A stretch of 64,000 bases of DNA, taken from contig NC_073410.1 of NCBI RefSeq assembly GCF_028641065.1, forward strand, positions 4,278,001 to 4,342,000. Direction: 5' to 3'. Position 1 is the first letter of the stretch. Every line of letters starts with the position of its first letter. Position numbers and translations under genes: made by a program. Below, piece by piece: positions 50,212 through 61,568 of this stretch. Under the pieces are notes generated by a model that saw only the letters and a program-made list of their open reading frames with translations, searched no databases and was not told the DNA's origin. The DNA is from Leucoraja erinacea. Lineage: Eukaryota.

Positions 50212-50641
50212 ATTAGAGTTGCTGCCTTACAGCGCTTGCAGCGCCGGAGACCCAGGTTCGATCCCAACTACGGATGCTGTATGTAAGGTGTCTATACATT
50301 CTGAAGATCACACCCACGGTGACCTGCGATTGATGGACTCCACGCTGGAATTTTGGAAGGAGCTCTTCAGACGATGGCAGAAGGTGACTGAAGGCTACCT
50401 TGGTGATGACTTTCTGCATGGCAGAGCAGGGAGATTCCCGTGACCATGTGGGTTTTATCCGAGATCTTCGATTTCTTCCCACACTCCAAAAATGTGCAGG
50501 TATGTAGGTTAATTGGCTAGGTGTCTGTGTAAATAGTCACTAGTGTGCGTAGGATAGTGTTAATGTACGGGGATCGCTAGTCGGCGTGGACTCGGTGGGC
50601 CGAATGGCCTTTTTCCGCTCCGTATCTCTAAAAAATAAAAC
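50212..50641 (+). mobile_element. HE1-type V-SINE containing an RTE-derived insert (50302-50434)
   Basis: Head to 50284; V-domain resumes at 50435. Confidence 0.85.
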
Positions 50642-50672
50642 TATTGACAACTTATTCCACCGGGCAGCACTG

Positions 50673-50923
50673 TTTAGCTTAGTTTAGAGATACAGCATAG
50701 AAACCGGCCCTTTGGCCCACCGAGTCCGCTCTGACCAGCGATCCCCGCACACTAATGCTTTACATTTATACCAAGCCAATTAACCTTCAGACATGTACGC
50801 TTTTTGAGTGCGGGATGAAACTGGGGGAGAATGTACAAATTCCGTACAGCCAGCACCTGTAGTCAGGATCGAACCTGGGCCTCTGACGCTGGATGGCAAC
50901 GACTCTATTGCTGCCCCACTGTG
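50673..50923 (-). mobile_element. HE1-type V-SINE
   Basis: Reverse copy, tail-to-tail with 50212-50641. Confidence 0.85.
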
Positions 50924-51264
50924 AGGCCCTATTATTGTGCTGTCTTGTTTAGATCAAATGTGAGAAATACAGGCAGGGATGGATCGGCAGATTGCTCTAT
51001 ACAGTTTTACAAATATTATACAAAACACAAAGTGCAGGAGTAGAGTAAGTGTGGGCAGGAAATAAAAATCTTGTGGTAAGTGGACACACAGGGGATGTTT
51101 GATAAGCAGATGGATGGAGTAAGTGTCAAATGCTAAAGATGAAAATCAGACAAAAGGGTGTCAGATAAGGAGAAGAGGAGAAACATATTAAATATTCTGG
51201 ATCTGGATGCAGTACACTGAAAAGCTCCAGGTAGCGCATCAGTCAACATTGGACAATTTAATAC

Positions 51265-51452
51265 TGGACAATTTTTACATTTATCAAGTCAATTAACCTA
51301 CAAACCTGTACGTCTTTGGAGTGTGGGAGAAAACCGAAGATCTCGGAGAAATCCCACACAGATCACAGGGAGAACGTACAAACTCTACACAGACAGCACC
51401 CGTCGTCGGGGTCGAACGTGGGTCTCCGCTGCATTTTGCTGTGCCACCGTGA
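51265..51452 (-). mobile_element. HE1-type V-SINE fragment
   Basis: Reverse V-domain and head. Confidence 0.8.
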
Positions 51453-51819
51453 CCACCTGTTATAATTGGAAAACGTCCTCTGAATCTATAGACCTAAGAA
51501 GAGGGACTGTCAGGACATGGTCTTAAGTGTGGAAGAGAGAACTCCATCAATCTGAAACAGAGTACAGAGCCAAAATATATATGCCCATTTCCTTCCATTG
51601 ATGCTGCCAGACCCTTTGAGTACTTTTCATTTTAACTCTGGAAATACTTCATGGTCTTCCATTATCGTGTGGTCGATTTCCTAACTGATAACACTTTGAG
51701 AACCTCGTGGGTAACATTTTAAGGTGCTCCTTGTGACATTAAGGAGCAGGGAATAAAAGTTGGTTTTGTCAATGGGTTTGTAGGCTAATTGGCTTCTGTA
51801 TTTTGTCATCCACACATAA

Positions 51820-52132
51820 ATGCAAACATCTTGGCATTCATTTTTCATTTATTCGAGGCAATATTTATTAACCATCTCCAATTGAACATAGAGGAGTAAA
51901 TGTGTTGTTGGGGACCTGCAGCCAAGCAAGGACAGCAGGTTCCCTTCACAAAAGGCAGCCCAATAGATTTTTACAACAGTCCACTCATTATTGATGGTTG
52001 AGTTGTTATTCCTGGTTATTTAATTAAATGAATTTAAATTCCCCAGCTACCCTGGTGGGAGTTTAAACCCAAGTCTCTGCATTATGAGTCTCGACCTCTG
52101 GATTTCTAGTCTAGTAACCTAAGCACTTTGCA
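51820..52132 (-). mobile_element. Old tRNA-derived SINE of a different family
   Basis: Reverse strand actagactagaaatccagagg...gggtttaaactcccaccagggtagctggggaatttaaattc with a B-box-like motif; family not named with confidence. Confidence 0.5.
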
Positions 52133-54732
52133 AATGTCCCCCTGGCCTGGTTACACTGCAGAAGTACCTTGGGGATATTTTACAACACTGGAGACTTCAC
52201 AATGTGCTGCTTATTCTTTCCCCAAAATGTTGGGAATGGAGAGCAATCTATAGACATCTCAGCAAAGACTTACTACGCCGAACGTGATAGATATCTCAGC
52301 AAAGGCTCGCTTCCTCTGACGTAAAGTGGGAATGAGTTTTATTCCTCCATTACGGGGAAAAGAAGCGCTTTATTGATTTTGTCCCTGCCACATCGCCACA
52401 GTGCAATTATATAATTGCCAGCACATTTTTAACAAGTTCAGACTTGTGCTTTATCCAACAAATTACAGATTAGGAGATCAAAGGCAGAAATAAAGCTGGC
52501 AGTCAGGAGGGCTGTGCGACATGTGGGTGGTAGATCAGCCTTTTACCCACAGCAAATTATCTTCAACAACTGCAGTGAAAAGAGTGCAAAGTGAAAGACA
52601 TAACCACTTGCATGTGATAGTTATCTCCATGCAGTCTACCACACACATTACTACTTTATCAGATAATGTTCAGTCACCTTGGGCAACTGCACTGATTATA
52701 GAGAGGCTTTGCTAATGAATGATTCTTTGTAAGAAAGCAAAATCTCTGAACAAAACAAGACAAGAGCCCTTGAAGAAATTTCTCAAGACCCAGGAGAAGC
52801 CATTAAGGTCCCTGAGTGAATGTAATAAAACATACTAGCTCGGCAGTACATTTTAATCGTGATGTTTATTGTGACAGCAATCCCTTTCTGAAAATAAGCA
52901 TAAATTTGGAAAACAACAGAACTCTCTTAAGCATGGTTGTTTATGCAGATTGTAGTCAGATGTGACTAACAATATGGGAAGAAAAGGCACTGTAAATACA
53001 TCTTTCATTTATTCGACTCGTAGGCTGGTGCGGCTGGTGTATTCCCAACAGTGTTGCTTTCTGAACCTCAAAAACTGAAGATCCTGGGTCTCTAATGTAT
53101 TGAAATCAGTGCTGACCTGCCACTTACACCAGCAGAGCAGCAGACACCAGGGCTGCTTGTCATCCTGCCTATTAACTTGATGTCTTTATTCACAGGCCAT
53201 CTGCAACAGTGGGAGATGTAACTAATGTCCTCCGTACAACAAGGTGGCAAAAGACAGCAGAGTGTACAGATGACCTTTGGGATTCCCAGAGATCCTAACT
53301 AGAAGACATGAAAATCAATGCTGCCTACTGGTATTAATTAAACTAACCTAAAGGGCAGAATAAGACAAAATGTGCATTCTGCCACTGAAAATATTTGTCA
53401 CGAACCATACAGGCATCTTTTTTTTGTACATATTAAGCATTTTTGTCTACGCTAGAGTTGCTATTTTCGTACTTCATATATTTTCTTGTTGTGCTTTCAT
53501 TCGGTGAACATGAAATACTGTGTGCTGTTCTGGGCTGCCATTTGTGATATATCCTTATTTTCACAGAATGCTCTTTCCAACTCATTTTTATGTTGGAGAA
53601 ACATGTCATAGTTCCATCAACCAGATTTAAAAAAAAATACATATTTCTGCAAAACTTGTCAAAGTCGTGAAGGATTATTTGAATTTATTAAATGAATGTA
53701 GAGAAAAAAAATTGAAATATTTGCCCACTTTACCCCAAGATCATGCAGAAACCTAACCTGGGACAATTGCTGACAATATATCAAATATAAAGAAGAAGAC
53801 CTCCAGACACACGTGGTCACGTGAATTTAATCAAACTATTAGGGCAGATTAAACAGATAATACAAAGGAAGCCAAGTGTTTGAATATGTTGATTTGATAA
53901 AGCAGCGGGTGTCAGGGGTTATGGGGAAAAGGCAGAAGAATGGGGGGTAGGAGGGAGAGATAGATCAGCCATGATTGCATGACGGAGTAGACTTGATGGG
54001 CCAAATGACCTATTTCTGCTCCTATTACTTATGACATGAGCATCACTTAGGCTCGACTTTTTACCCACTCTTGCCGCAGGTAGTATGAATGATGAACATT
54101 TATGAGCGGCTGAACCAGAGTGGAGAGGAAGAGCATTCATTTTTCATGTTTTAGCAGATAATCACATGCTATATGGAACATGGTAATTCTGAGGTGCTGG
54201 TTCCATCAAGATGTCACATCAAGGAACACAAGTGTTCAAAGAGGCATCAAGCAGGATATAAACAAAAAATAGGTATTCTGCAGCTTAGCTTGAAACTTTC
54301 TTGAATCTCAGCTCAAGAAGAAATGGATTGGCTGAAACCAGGATTCGGTGGATTTTACAAGGTATTTGAAACTAACAGGCTTGATGTTTCATCTGGTGCT
54401 TTCTCACTTGAAGCTGGTGATTTCAAATGCCCTCAGTGTCAGAATACGGGAAAGCAGGTGTTTCAAATGGACAGGATGACTAACAAAGCAGAGGTCTACC
54501 TGCTTCATCATGATTCTAATTGCAATTTTATCTCCTGGACATGACAGGATCCTAAGATAGACACACAAAGCTGGAATAACTCGGAGAGTCAGACAGCATC
54601 TCTGGAGAAAAGGAATGGGTGAAGTATCGGGTCGAGACTCTTCTTCAGACTGAGAGTCAGGGGAATGGGAAACGAGAGATGTGGACGGTGATATGGATGC
54701 GTGGGTGTAAATCCAATGACATAATGGATTTG

Positions 54733-54862
54733 TGTAGGAAGGAACCGCAGATGCTGGTATAAACTGAAGATAGACACAAAAGGATGGAGTAACTCAGCGG
54801 GACAGGCAGCATCTCTGGGAAGAAGGAATGGGTGACGTTTCGGGTCAAGACCCTTCTTCAGA
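54733..54862 (-). mobile_element. Solo PLE pLTR with an intact hammerhead core (54834-54861)
   Basis: Reverse CUGAAGA-A-GGGU(CUUG)ACCC-GAAA-C-GUC; 12-bp TSD ataatggatttg (54721-54732 / 54863-54874); another reverse pLTR at 54556-54700. Confidence 0.8.
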
Positions 54863-55289
54863 ATAATGGATTTGACCATTGAATCAACACTGGACAGAGT
54901 GTGGCCTTTACTGTTCTTTTCTCAACAAAAACGGCACTGAGAATCTAAGTTGCTGCATTAAAAGTGATCAAAGCCCATTGTAAATGACAGGCAGAGAGTA
55001 CCACCTCCCAAACACCCCTGACCATGTCTGCAGTTCCCATAATGGTTTCAACAACTGCCTCAGAGCCTTCAGAGCTGAGATGTAAGCAAGCCCTCCTCAA
55101 TACTGAAGAACTGCCAATGTATGAAGTGAAGAGAAGTCATCAAACACAAAGTTGGTTGAAATAATAAAGTTACAGATTGCAAGGACATCTTCTAAATGAG
55201 ACAATGATACAACTGCATTCCCATTAGTGTGGGCGCAAACTAACGGAGCATTGATGTTAAAGGAATAGCATAAACTGTGACCATTTCAC

Positions 55290-55690
55290 GGCACTGGGCC
55301 TGCACTTGCTGGAGTTTAGAAGGATAAGGGGGGGACCTCATTGAAACCTATTGAGTCATGAAAGGCCTGGATTGGGTGGACGTGGGGATGATGTTTCCAC
55401 GAGTAGAAGTCTAGGACCAGAGGGCAAAGCCTCAGAATAAAAGGACATACCTTTAAAAAGGAGATAAGGAGGAATTTATTATGTCAGAGGGTGATGAATC
55501 TGTGGAATTCATTGTCACAGGGGCTGTGGAGGCTGTCACTAGGTTTTTTTAAGGCAGTGATTGACAGATTCTTGATTAGCAAGGGTGTCAAGGGTTATGG
55601 GGAGAAGGCAAGTGAGGGATAGATAGATCAGCTATGATTGAATGGCCGAGTATACTTGATGGGCCTAATTCTGCTCCAAAGACTCATAAA
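55290..55690 (+). mobile_element. CR1/HER1 3' end
   Basis: Decayed ORF2 end and tail; a shorter tail also at 53890-54037. Confidence 0.85.
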
Positions 55691-56737
55691 CATAAAGAAA
55701 TGTGATGCTGGAATGCAAGCAGATCAACTGTGGATGATCAATGGCAAGAGAAAATGGATACATTTTCAGAAAAAAAGTGATAATGTTAAGAGTGGAGAAA
55801 GAGAACGAGAGAGGTCAAAACCACATGGAAATGGAGACAAACCTTTAGTAACATCCATTGATGCGTGACACTGTGCTCAATCCCATAGACAACACACCAT
55901 TCTCTGATCATACATGTATGCTCAGAGGCAATTCCTCTCATCGTTGTGTAACAGCAGAGATGATAGGCCCCGTGGCTAGATACATCTCAATAATCTTCTG
56001 CAGGTTCATGTCACTCTGGTTAAATATACTGATTCTCGGATTTCCAAACCTAACTTGCACCACGCTCACAAGGCTTATGACCTGCTTGTCAATATGTCAT
56101 CTGATGACATTGTCAGAGGCGATGATCTTTTGTATATCTAAAGCTGCTGGCCCACAAGCTAAGGTCTCTGATGAATTGCTGGGAGCAACAATGAATCACC
56201 ACCTCCATTTTATGAAGGTCATTAGATCTGCAGCATCTGGCTGTTAATCCCCAGAGTTCCTAGATGAACTCAAGATCAGGCTCTGAATGAACAGCAAGGC
56301 ATAGCCAACAGCAGTTTCAACAACTCTCTTGCATTCCTTTATTGCTTACAGCTGATTCAGCTGGAAGAATACGTCAATCATTCTAAACTTCACTTCAAAA
56401 ACAACATCCATAACAATTTGTTGCATATTTTACGTTGGTGGCCAATGGAAAAGACTGTGAAAAGTCTCTATATTGAGCCACCTGCAAAAATGATCACTAA
56501 AAATTATTTGGCAATGAGTAAAATCATCCTTACTTTGCAAGGCACGACTTTTGTAAGATCAAGAGGCCTTTCTTCTGTATCACCATGCTCTGCTGTTTCA
56601 GAAGTTGAATACAATATCAATATTCCCATGGACACAAGGATCTGCGAATGCTGGTTTACAAAAATAACTCAAAGTGCTAGAGGAAGTCAGGAAGCATCTC
56701 TGGAGAATATGGGCATGAAACATTTCAGGTCAGGACC

Positions 56738-56791
56738 GGGGTGGGAGATTGCAACCTTCACATGGTCCACCCTGTTTCGACAAATGCAATC
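56738..56791 (+). ncRNA. Minimal HDV-like (CPEB3-type) ribozyme, copy 4
   Basis: GGGGUGG-GA-GAUUGCA-ACC-UUCACAU-GGU-CCACCCU-G-UUUCGA-CAAA-UGCAAUC; P1, P2, P3 and P1.1 all paired; catalytic C at 56781. Confidence 0.8.
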
Positions 56792-56879
56792 AACCTGGCG
56801 TGCACAACCAAATAAGATCAAATAGAACAAATTGTCCAATAACTTTAGGCTGTGCACGCCATACGCAAGAGGAAGAAGA
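56738..56879 (+). mobile_element. HDV-like-ribozyme-headed short retroposon, copy 4
   Basis: Perfect 11-bp TSD aggtcaggacc (56727-56737 / 56880-56890); (GAA)n tail; inserted in a reverse PLE pLTR. Confidence 0.9.
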
Positions 56880-57433
56880 AGGTCAGGACCCTTCCTCTGA
56901 GGGGAACCTGTCCATGCTGTTCAATGATGCTGCCTAAACCACTGAATTACTGCTACACTTTCCATCAATATTCCCTCAGACTCTTGTGTAACTGCAATCC
57001 TACCTCAGCAACTTTGATCTACTTTGGACTCTGTTTTGGTTGCACTATTAGAGTCTGGTTACTCAGTTATTAATTTATTGTGTTATCAATCATTGTATAT
57101 TTATTTGTGTTTGAATGTTATTGGGCCTGTAAAACTGTAGCAAGTACGAATTTCATTATTCTGTTGCCGGTACATTTGACAATTAACATAGAAACATAGA
57201 AACATAGAAATTAACCACTTGATTCTTGAACTACATTAAGAATAAATTATTTTTCATTACCTTGCACTTTATATGATGTAGAAATATAGGACTATGTTCT
57301 AAATGGTAAGTGGTTCAGTGGATATTTTTAAGGCATAGATAGATAGATTTTTGATTGGTAGAGTTGTCAGAGGTTACAGGGAAAAGGGAGGGGAATGGGG
57401 TTAGGAGAGAGAGATAGATCAGCCATGATTGAA

Positions 57434-57905
57434 TAGAAACATAGAAACATAGAAAATAGGTGCAGGAGTAGGTCATTCGGCCCTTCGAGCCTGCACCCCA
57501 TTCAATATGATCATGGCTGATCATCCAACTCAGTATCCCGTAACTGCCTTCCCTCCATACCCCCTGATCCCTTTAGCCACAAGGGCCACATCTAACTCCC
57601 TCTTAAATATAGACAATGAACTGGCCCCAACTACCTTCTGTGGCAGAGAATTCCAGAGATTCACCACTCTCTGTGTGAAAAATGTTTTCCTCATCTCGGT
57701 CCTAAAAGATTTCCCCCTTATCCTTAAACTGTGATCCCATGTTCTGGACTTCCCCAACATCGGGAACTATCTTCCTGCATCTAGCCTGTCCAACCCCTTA
57801 ATAATTTTGTAAGTTTCTATAAGATCCCCCCTCAATCTTCTCAATTCTAGCGAGTACAAGCCGAGTCTATCCAGTCTTTCTTCATATGAAAGTCCTGACA
57901 TCCCA
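57434..57905 (-). mobile_element. Young CR1/HER1 3' end inserted into an opposite-strand CR1 tail (57315-57965)
   Basis: GMSGLSYEERLDRLGLYSLELRRLRGDLIETYKI...; (TTTCTATG)n tail. Confidence 0.95.
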
Positions 57906-59018
57906 ATGGCGGAGTAGACTTGATGGGTCGAATGGCCTACTACTCCTATCCCTTCTGACCTCACGATCTACACGTACCAGTGTGGTGGGTGGCTGGCTGC
58001 AAGATGGAGAGGATCATGTAGTTAGTCACAACTAGAAGATCAAAATAAAACACAAAATGCAATCTATCAAAATATTGCTTGTGACGCAAATCCAGAAACT
58101 AATGAGAATTGTAAATTAAGAAAGATGACAGCAAATCTAACAATCACTTAGCTACAAACAGACCAAGTCACTGTAATCCTGATGAACAGAAAGTCAATGA
58201 AAAAGACTCAAAATATCTCATTTGTCAACATCTTATTCAGTTGGAAAGCCCAAGGCACTCTGAAACAATTAATACAATTGAAATCATTGTATTTCACAAA
58301 GCTAGTTAAATGCTTCAATCACATTTTTTTTTCCCCTTTGCATTTACTATCTATGCAGCATGTAAAATGATTACACCATTTGGCGATTCTGTCTGGAGTG
58401 GTTTGTCAAATGATTTACCCCTAACCATGCCAATTTGTTCAATGTTTTTTATACGTGTCAGAAATGTGATGTGTAATAAGACTGAAAAAGAAAATGTCAT
58501 TGTGGAAATGATACTTTGGCAAATATGAGTTGCAAAATTACAGAAATTTGAAATGTGCCAATTTCGCGAGGCATTTACAAGAGAATAATTTGAACACTAT
58601 TGATACAACTGAATTGGTGCCAACGTAACATTTATTTTCATAAAAGGCAAGATTAAAGGCAAGGCTCGTGTGAAGTTGTTAAGCTTCATTGAATGAAATG
58701 GGAGGAAGAGCTAAATCAGCAGTTATAAGGCAACATGGGACTTTGTTTTTAACAGGCTGAAGATCAGAGCAAAAAGAGTTAAAGGGTTCCACATTTTGGA
58801 GCAACTGATGAGATGGAGAACTCAATTTTAATACTGTTGGGAGCATGAACAGAGTGCAGGATCAAAACTTTAACAGCTTAGTAAAATGAAGGTTGAAAAG
58901 TTCAGAGGAGCAGTAACTTAAGACTGTCCCACTAGGCAGCTGAACAAAAATAACATAGTTACTGCAAGCAAAGAGCAGATGGGTGGACTTTTTTTTTTGT
59001 GGGGGGGGGGGGAAGGTA

Positions 59019-59889
59019 GGGGGCGCTGTCCTGGGCATTAGGGGGCGCTGTCCTGTGCACGGCTGCCCAGCCAGCAGCTGTCTGGCTTTTCATCTTTTTA
59101 TTTTTATTTTAAGTTAGTTAAAGTGTTTTGATTGGAGGTCTAGACTTTTTTATGTGGGGGGTGGGGGGGGGAGAAACTACCTTTCAGGGTCCCTACCAGG
59201 TCGGAGAGGCAGCTTTTCTCCGGGCTGCAGCTTTGACCCGTCCTCGCGGCCTACCAGCGGGCCTGGAGCGGCGTTTCCTGTCGGGGACCGCCCAGAACCT
59301 CGGCTTCGGCGGCGGCACAGCGCTGGAGCGCTATCGCGGAGCGGGCGATGCCTTGCCCGGGTCGCTGCGCTGGAGCTCCGGTGAGCTGAAGATCGCTGAG
59401 GAAAACATCGCGGAGCTGCGGGACTGTGGAGCGACCAGCTGCGGGCGGCGGCGCTGAACTTTACACTGGGAGCCCGGGATCTCTAGATGAGATCGCCAGT
59501 TGTGGAGCTCCAACCGGCGCGGCCTTGTTGGCTTCGGAAGCCGTGGCCTCCAGTACGGAAGCGGCCGTTCCAGGGTTCCCAAGCTGCTGGGAGGACTCTC
59601 CCGACGCTGGAGCAACATCACCCGGCGAGAACGGCCTGGAACATCGGGCCTCCGTAGAGGCAACTGTGGAGGCCTCAATAGGCCCGACTATGGGTGAACT
59701 GGGGTTGGGGACTGTGCCTTCCCTCATAATGGGAACCATTGTGGGGGGATGTTCTTTATGTTTAAAACTCTTATTAATGTTATGTCTGTATTCCTTCTTT
59801 ATGTGCTGCAAAATGGCAAGAAGCATTTCACTTCACTACACCTAGGTGTATGTGAATGCGACCAATAAAATACCTTTGATACCTTTGAC
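59019..59889 (+). mobile_element. GC/CpG-rich non-coding element with Rex1-type tail
   Basis: Abrupt CpG-rich block; hairpin 59719-59749; terminal stem-loop + aataaa + (ATACCTTTG)2. Confidence 0.55.
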
Positions 59890-60039
59890 ATTGAAAGAGT
59901 GTCAGAAGTAGTCTGCTCACTTTGTAGACATTCACACAAATGCACCTTCAAAAAGTGCTGTGCAAAAACCTGTTAAAAATAAAATTACTACACTTACAAG
60001 TATAGAATAATGTTAAAGAAAGACCAATGTTGTCATCGT

Positions 60040-60325
60040 GTCATACATCACGGAAACAGGCCCTTTGGCCCAACTCACCCATGACCAAGATGAAGCATCT
60101 AAGTTGCTCTAATTTTCCCTGTGTTTGGTCACTATCCCTCTAAATCTTTCAGTGTCTTTTAAATACTCTTAGAGTACCTGCCTCAACTACCTTCTCTGGC
60201 AGCTCTTTCCATATATGCATCATCCATTATGTGGAAAAAGTTGCCCCACTGAATGATGTAAAATCTTACCCCTCTCACCTTAGACATACGTCCTCTAGTT
60301 TATGATTCTCCAACTGAGTAAAAGA
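60040..60325 (-). mobile_element. Degenerate CR1/HER1 3' end
   Basis: cacggaaacaggccctttggccc... reverse tail and ORF end. Confidence 0.75.
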
Positions 60326-60994
60326 CTCGGTCATCAGATGTGAGGTGTGAGGTGCTATCAGGACTGCCCTACTTGCCGCAAGTGTGGCCAGTCCCTCCCT
60401 CCTACAGGAATCACCCAGGCCATCTTCTGGTTCTGTGCATTATGTTATTCAATGTTTTGCCTAAACTTTCTACTATTGAAAGATGTACATTCCCTCTCTG
60501 GAAACATCTCAAATATCCATCCGCACAAACAGGGCATTCACAAACTGTGAACACACAATGGTTTGTCTTTCTCTCCTTCCCCGCATTTGCATATGTCAAG
60601 TATGAATAATCTTATTTTAAAGTTAGTTGCAAATTCCAACTCTCTCTTCAGTCTGCAAATCTAACCAATTTGATAGAGATGGTACAAGCTGTCAGTGTAA
60701 TTTCCATTGCAGGTACATCAGACATTATCACTCACAAGGGCTTCATTTATGTTTTCCCATAATAACAGGCAACATTCAAAACACGAACAAAGAATTACAA
60801 TTTTGGGGATAAAAGTTCCATCAGCAGAGGGAATGATGAATCACTCAATTGTTTTCAATTTGTCCCATTTATGAATCTCAAAACATGCTCACTCACTTCT
60901 AAACACTTGGGCATTAGTCTTTCCTCTCTGTCTCGCTCTTTCCAGAGCTAAGCAGCTGCACAACAGGAAAACTGCTTCTAACTATTGCACAACA

Positions 60995-61568
60995 ACCAAG
61001 GGGACTGTCGAGAGCACATTGACCTACGGCATCACTTCCTGGTTCGGGAGCTGCAAGGCGTACGAACGGCACCAACTAGACAGGATTGTGAAGACCGCCA
61101 GCAGGATTATTGGTGCTCGACTCCCCTTCCTGCTGGACATATACAGGAAGAGATGTATCAGCAGAGCCATCTCCATCATCAAAGACCCCTACCACCCATC
61201 GCATGACATTTTCTCCATCCTGCCATCTGGGAAGAGGTACAGGAGCATTAGCTGCAAAACCAGCAGGATGCTCCTCAGCTTCTTCCCACAGGCTATAAGA
61301 CTGCTAAATGGACTTTGCCCCCTGCCAAGTATCGCGCACAAACCCCCAACCTGGACACACTGCAGCAGAGCCACTGTTGTGCCGCTGCCGATCGGAACGC
61401 CTGTTGAATGTTTAGTAGAGTGTTAAATTTGTTCATGATACATGTATTTTTTATTTCTATTTATTTTTAATGCACACTGAATGGACACTGGTTGAGCAAC
61501 GTTTTTTTGTTTCCTCTGGGTATGTGAATACTCAAGAAATGACAATAAAGACATACAATACAATACAA
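60995..61568 (+). mobile_element. Young Rex1/Babar 3' end
   Basis: ESTLTYGITSWFGSC...LDRIVKTASRIIG...DPYHPSHDIFSILPSGKRYRS...FFPQAIRLLN; (ATACA)n tail. Confidence 0.9.

Noticed and set aside
52250-52307. Two ~21-bp direct repeats with a 16-nt spacer (CRISPR-like look)
   Set aside because: Only two imperfect units in vertebrate DNA with no cas genes; a simple local duplication
59019-59090. Possible HDV-like ribozyme at the head of the GC-rich element
   Set aside because: Could not assign P1/P3/L3/J4-2 by eye
59128-59845. Overlapping 65-139 aa ORFs; CpG-island-like promoter
   Set aside because: Stop-poor because GC-rich; the block has a retroposon-type tail and a homologue at 11990-12584
60347-60550. 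CPTCRKC motif suggesting a zinc-binding protein
   Set aside because: Isolated motif with no domain context or splice support
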